Part shown: piece after piece, positions 61,255 to 64,000 of the stretch
How the letters are laid out: each line of letters starts with the position of its first letter
Numbering within the stretch: the stretch's first letter is position 1
Source: an uncultured Actinomycetes bacterium
GTDB taxonomy: Bacteria > Actinomycetota > UBA4738 > JBBDTT01
Assembly (NCBI GenBank): GCA_963742735.1
Contig: CAVUMN010000004.1
Span: forward strand, 1,440,001-1,504,000
Length of the DNA: 64,000 bases
Reading direction: 5' to 3'
Program-made: the position numbers and the translations under genes
The notes under the pieces: model-generated
What the model was told of the DNA's origin: nothing
The model's input: the letters and a program-made list of their open reading frames with translations, nothing else
The model's database searches: none

Positions 61255-63396
61255 GTGCTCGCTTCAGGTACTCGCACCCACCGAGCCCACAGCTTCGTCA
61301 TCCTCATCGCCCTGTTCGCCGTCGTGGCCGGCCCGGTCATGACGCCGGCCGGCGCGCAATCGGCCGACCCGTCGGTCCTGGGCGCCTTCTCGAAGCCGAT
61401 CGAGGAAGCCGGCGCCGCCCCCGCGTGCGTCGAGAAGGACGGAACCCAGGTCTGCAAGCCGACCGCCGTGAGCATCGGCGTCCTCAACGACGGCCGCGTC
61501 ATGTACTTCAACGGCATCGAGGCCTCGGAGAACGCCCAGTACTCCATCGCGCCGAGCAACGGCGTGTGGGGCCGCGACGCCAAGTCCCGCACCCTGGACC
61601 TGCGCAACGGCAAGCCCTTCTTCGCCGTGCCCACCCCCGAGAACGGCGGCGGGACGAACCCGAACATCGGCGCGAGCGACGACCCGCTCGTGAACCTGCT
61701 CGGCATGCTGGGTGTGCCCGGCCGTCCCGGTGACGGGCTGGTCGGCAGCACCATCGGCCAGTTCTATCCATCCTCGCCGTGGGCCTCGCCGGACGACCCG
61801 GCGGCCAACGACGTCGACATGTTCTGCTCGGATCTCTCCCACCTGGCCGACGGCCGCATCCTGGTGGCCGGCGGAAGCGACTTCTACGCCGAGCCGAACG
61901 TGCCGTACGACGCCCCGGAGATCGGCGGGTGGGGCCTGGCCGAGCTCGAGGGCATCCGCAACACCCGCATCTTCGATCCGAAGACGAACCGGTTCATGCA
62001 GGCCGGTCACATGAAGTACGGGCGCTGGTACCCGACGCTCGTCACCCGGCCCGACGGCAAGGTGTTCGTGGCCAGCGGCGTCGCCAAGCTCGTGAAGTCC
62101 ACGCAGGGCAGCAACGTCCGGCGCACGGAGACGTTCGACCCGAAGACCCTGAAGTGGACCGACAACTACACGAGCATGGCGTCGGAGAACTCGCTGCCCC
62201 TGTACGCGCGGCTGCACCTGGTGAACGGAAAGGTGTTCTACACCGGCGTCGGACAGGGCAACGGCTTCGGACCGACGGGCTGGGCCCTCGACGAGCCCTT
62301 GTGGGTGATGCAGCAGTTCTTCAACCTCGAGACGAACGAGTGGGAGATCTCGGGGCTGTCGCAGTTCGGCTTCCGCAGCGGCGCGTTCAGCGTGATGCTG
62401 CCGCTGAAGCCTCCGTATCACGAGACCAAGATCCTGATCGGCGGCGGCGTGCTGGGACAGACCCCGAGCACCGTCGCCGCGCTCCCGATCTCCGAGGTCC
62501 TGACCATCGACCACGAGGACAACGTGACGGCCGAGCGCACGTCGGACATGCTGAACTCGCGGTGGTTCACGACCGCGGTCGTGATGCCCGACGGGAAGGT
62601 CGCCGCGTTCAACGGCGCCAACACCGACGAGGTCCTGGTGCCCGGCCCGAACATCCCGGTCCGCCAGGCCGAGCTGTTCGACCCGGCGACGGGGGAGTGG
62701 ACCGCGCTGGCCACGAGCGGGCGTGACCGCACGTACCACAGCAGCGCGGTGCTCCTGCCAGACGCGCGGATCCTGGTGGGCGGCCACTCGCCGATCCCCG
62801 CGGGGAACCTGACCCACCGCGACCTGGGCGCGCCGTTCGCGAACAACGACAAGGACCCGAGCTTCGAGGTGTACAGCCCGCCGTATCTGTACCGCGGAGC
62901 GCGGCCCTCGATCGCGTACGCCCCGTCGGGCGTGAGGTGGGGCTCGACGTTCAACGTGAAGCTGGGCGGGCCGTACGACGGCGGCGACGTGGACTCCGTG
63001 GTGCTGATCCGGCTGCCGGACCAAACCCACACCCTGGACGCCGACCAGCGCAACGTGGAACTGGCCTTCACGGGCAGCGGGAAGACGCTGCGGGTCAAGG
63101 CGCCTCCGAGCGGTGAGATCGCGCCGCCGGGGCCGTACTACCTGTTCGTCAACCGCAAGTCGGCCAAGGGCCCGATCCCCTCGGTCGCGAAGGTCGTGAC
63201 GGTGGGCGGCAAGGCCAGCACGATCGCCGCCCGGACGCCGATGAAGAACTCGCTGATCGCCGTGTCGAAGGGCACGGCGTCGCAGCCGCAGGACTCGAGC
63301 GCGAGCAGCGACCTGCTCGAGCCCCTGGGAGCGGCGTTCGTCCCGCTGGCCGGCTTCGCGTTCCGCCGGCGCCGGAGGAAGGTGCTCGAGACCTAG
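61255..63396 (+). CDS. Galactose/glyoxal oxidase-like copper radical oxidase (AA5, kelch + C-terminal Ig)
   Basis: MFCS, RWYPT, RTYHS, QTHT motifs, PPGPYYLF; GTG after GGGAGG; hydrophobic + RRRRR tail. Confidence 0.85.
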   Translation: MLASGTRTHRAHSFVILIALFAVVAGPVMTPAGAQSADPSVLGAFSKPIEEAGAAPACVEKDGTQVCKPTAVSIGVLNDGRVMYFNGIEASENAQYSIAPSNGVWGRDAKSRTLDLRNGKPFFAVPTPENGGGTNPNIGASDDPLVNLLGMLGVPGRPGDGLVGSTIGQFYPSSPWASPDDPAANDVDMFCSDLSHLADGRILVAGGSDFYAEPNVPYDAPEIGGWGLAELEGIRNTRIFDPKTNRFMQAGHMKYGRWYPTLVTRPDGKVFVASGVAKLVKSTQGSNVRRTETFDPKTLKWTDNYTSMASENSLPLYARLHLVNGKVFYTGVGQGNGFGPTGWALDEPLWVMQQFFNLETNEWEISGLSQFGFRSGAFSVMLPLKPPYHETKILIGGGVLGQTPSTVAALPISEVLTIDHEDNVTAERTSDMLNSRWFTTAVVMPDGKVAAFNGANTDEVLVPGPNIPVRQAELFDPATGEWTALATSGRDRTYHSSAVLLPDARILVGGHSPIPAGNLTHRDLGAPFANNDKDPSFEVYSPPYLYRGARPSIAYAPSGVRWGSTFNVKLGGPYDGGDVDSVVLIRLPDQTHTLDADQRNVELAFTGSGKTLRVKAPPSGEIAPPGPYYLFVNRKSAKGPIPSVAKVVTVGGKASTIAARTPMKNSLIAVSKGTASQPQDSSASSDLLEPLGAAFVPLAGFAFRRRRRKVLET

Positions 63397-64000
63397 GGCC
63401 GGGTCTCGGGGAGGTCCAGCTGGACGTCGGCGGTGCCCGGAGCCTCGGGGACCTCGCCCGAGGGGCCGACCGCGACGAACTTCTTGCCCTGCATCTCGAC
63501 CGTGTACAGGACGCGGCGGTCGGTCCGGCTCTGGGCGGGCTGGGTGGTGACCACCACCTCGGTGTGCTCCGCGAGGGCTCCGGCGTTGACCTTCGGCACC
63601 ACGTACTCCTCGACCGGAAAGATGCCGGCCGAGTTCGACAGCTCGACCCGGATGAGGATCGGGCGAACCTTGCCCTTCTCGATGGAGACGCGCTCGATCG
63701 AGACCCCTCCGATCGTGTGGATGCTGATCGAGCCCATGTCCAGGGCGTAGCGGGACCGGCCCTTGGTCATGTCGCACGCGTCGGCAACGGCGACCACGGC
63801 CGACTCGACCGTGAGCGGGGGGACCTTGCCGTCGTGGGCACGGATCGAGTGCAGGATGAACGCCCGGAGCTCGTACCGTTGCTCGGGGTCGTCGTAGATC
63901 GGGGTCAGCAGACGGTCGAGGAGCCCGATAGCGATCATGACGCCGTACTGCTCGTGCCCCTCCCGATGGACCTGGTTGCCGATGTCGTGCAGGAGCGACG
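63393..64000 (-). CDS. HD-domain phosphohydrolase, 5'-truncated by window edge
   Basis: LLHDIGNQVHREGH, IRAH, VADACDMTKGRSR. Confidence 0.85.
   Translation of the reverse strand, partial: SLLHDIGNQVHREGHEQYGVMIAIGLLDRLLTPIYDDPEQRYELRAFILHSIRAHDGKVPPLTVESAVVAVADACDMTKGRSRYALDMGSISIHTIGGVSIERVSIEKGKVRPILIRVELSNSAGIFPVEEYVVPKVNAGALAEHTEVVVTTQPAQSRTDRRVLYTVEMQGKKFVAVGPSGEVPEAPGTADVQLDLPETRP

Overview
High-GC actinobacterial chromosome segment, probably from a deep-branching lineage (inference from fbiC, whiB, DUF5719/DUF3499 synteny and a frameshifting prfB). The housekeeping backbone is fbiC-whiB-H1-like-GT2-DUF5719-LDT-DUF3499-manB-Trm112-PGI/PMI-PNP-ahcY ... comF-raiA RNA-hpf-RR ... secA-prfB // ftsE-ftsX-M23-S41-smpB ... 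ssrA. The main finding is a ~23.8 kb block between prfB and ftsE. It holds three paralogous giant membrane-anchored proteins, each with an N-terminal FecR-like domain keeping the Gly-Thr self-cleavage motif and a different Ig/PKD/DUF11/cadherin-like stalk. These are followed by a CHASE2 adenylate cyclase, a split transketolase, a cNMP-binding patatin phospholipase and a cNMP-binding ABC exporter. CRP-type boxes (TGTGA-N6-TCACA) precede two of the FecR genes and the effector operon, and all three FecR genes share a TTGTCC-N17/18-GAGAAT promoter, suggesting a self-contained surface-sensing cAMP circuit in a monoderm. Also present: a candidate novel ~95-nt sRNA (8341-8438), a raiA-motif RNA, tmRNA with a very short tag, and a copper radical oxidase next to a putative His-brace protein. 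Several apparent indels between 11 and 23 kb (secA, prfB, MFS, PGI/PMI) look like sequencing errors. All family calls are from motif recognition; no database searches were run.
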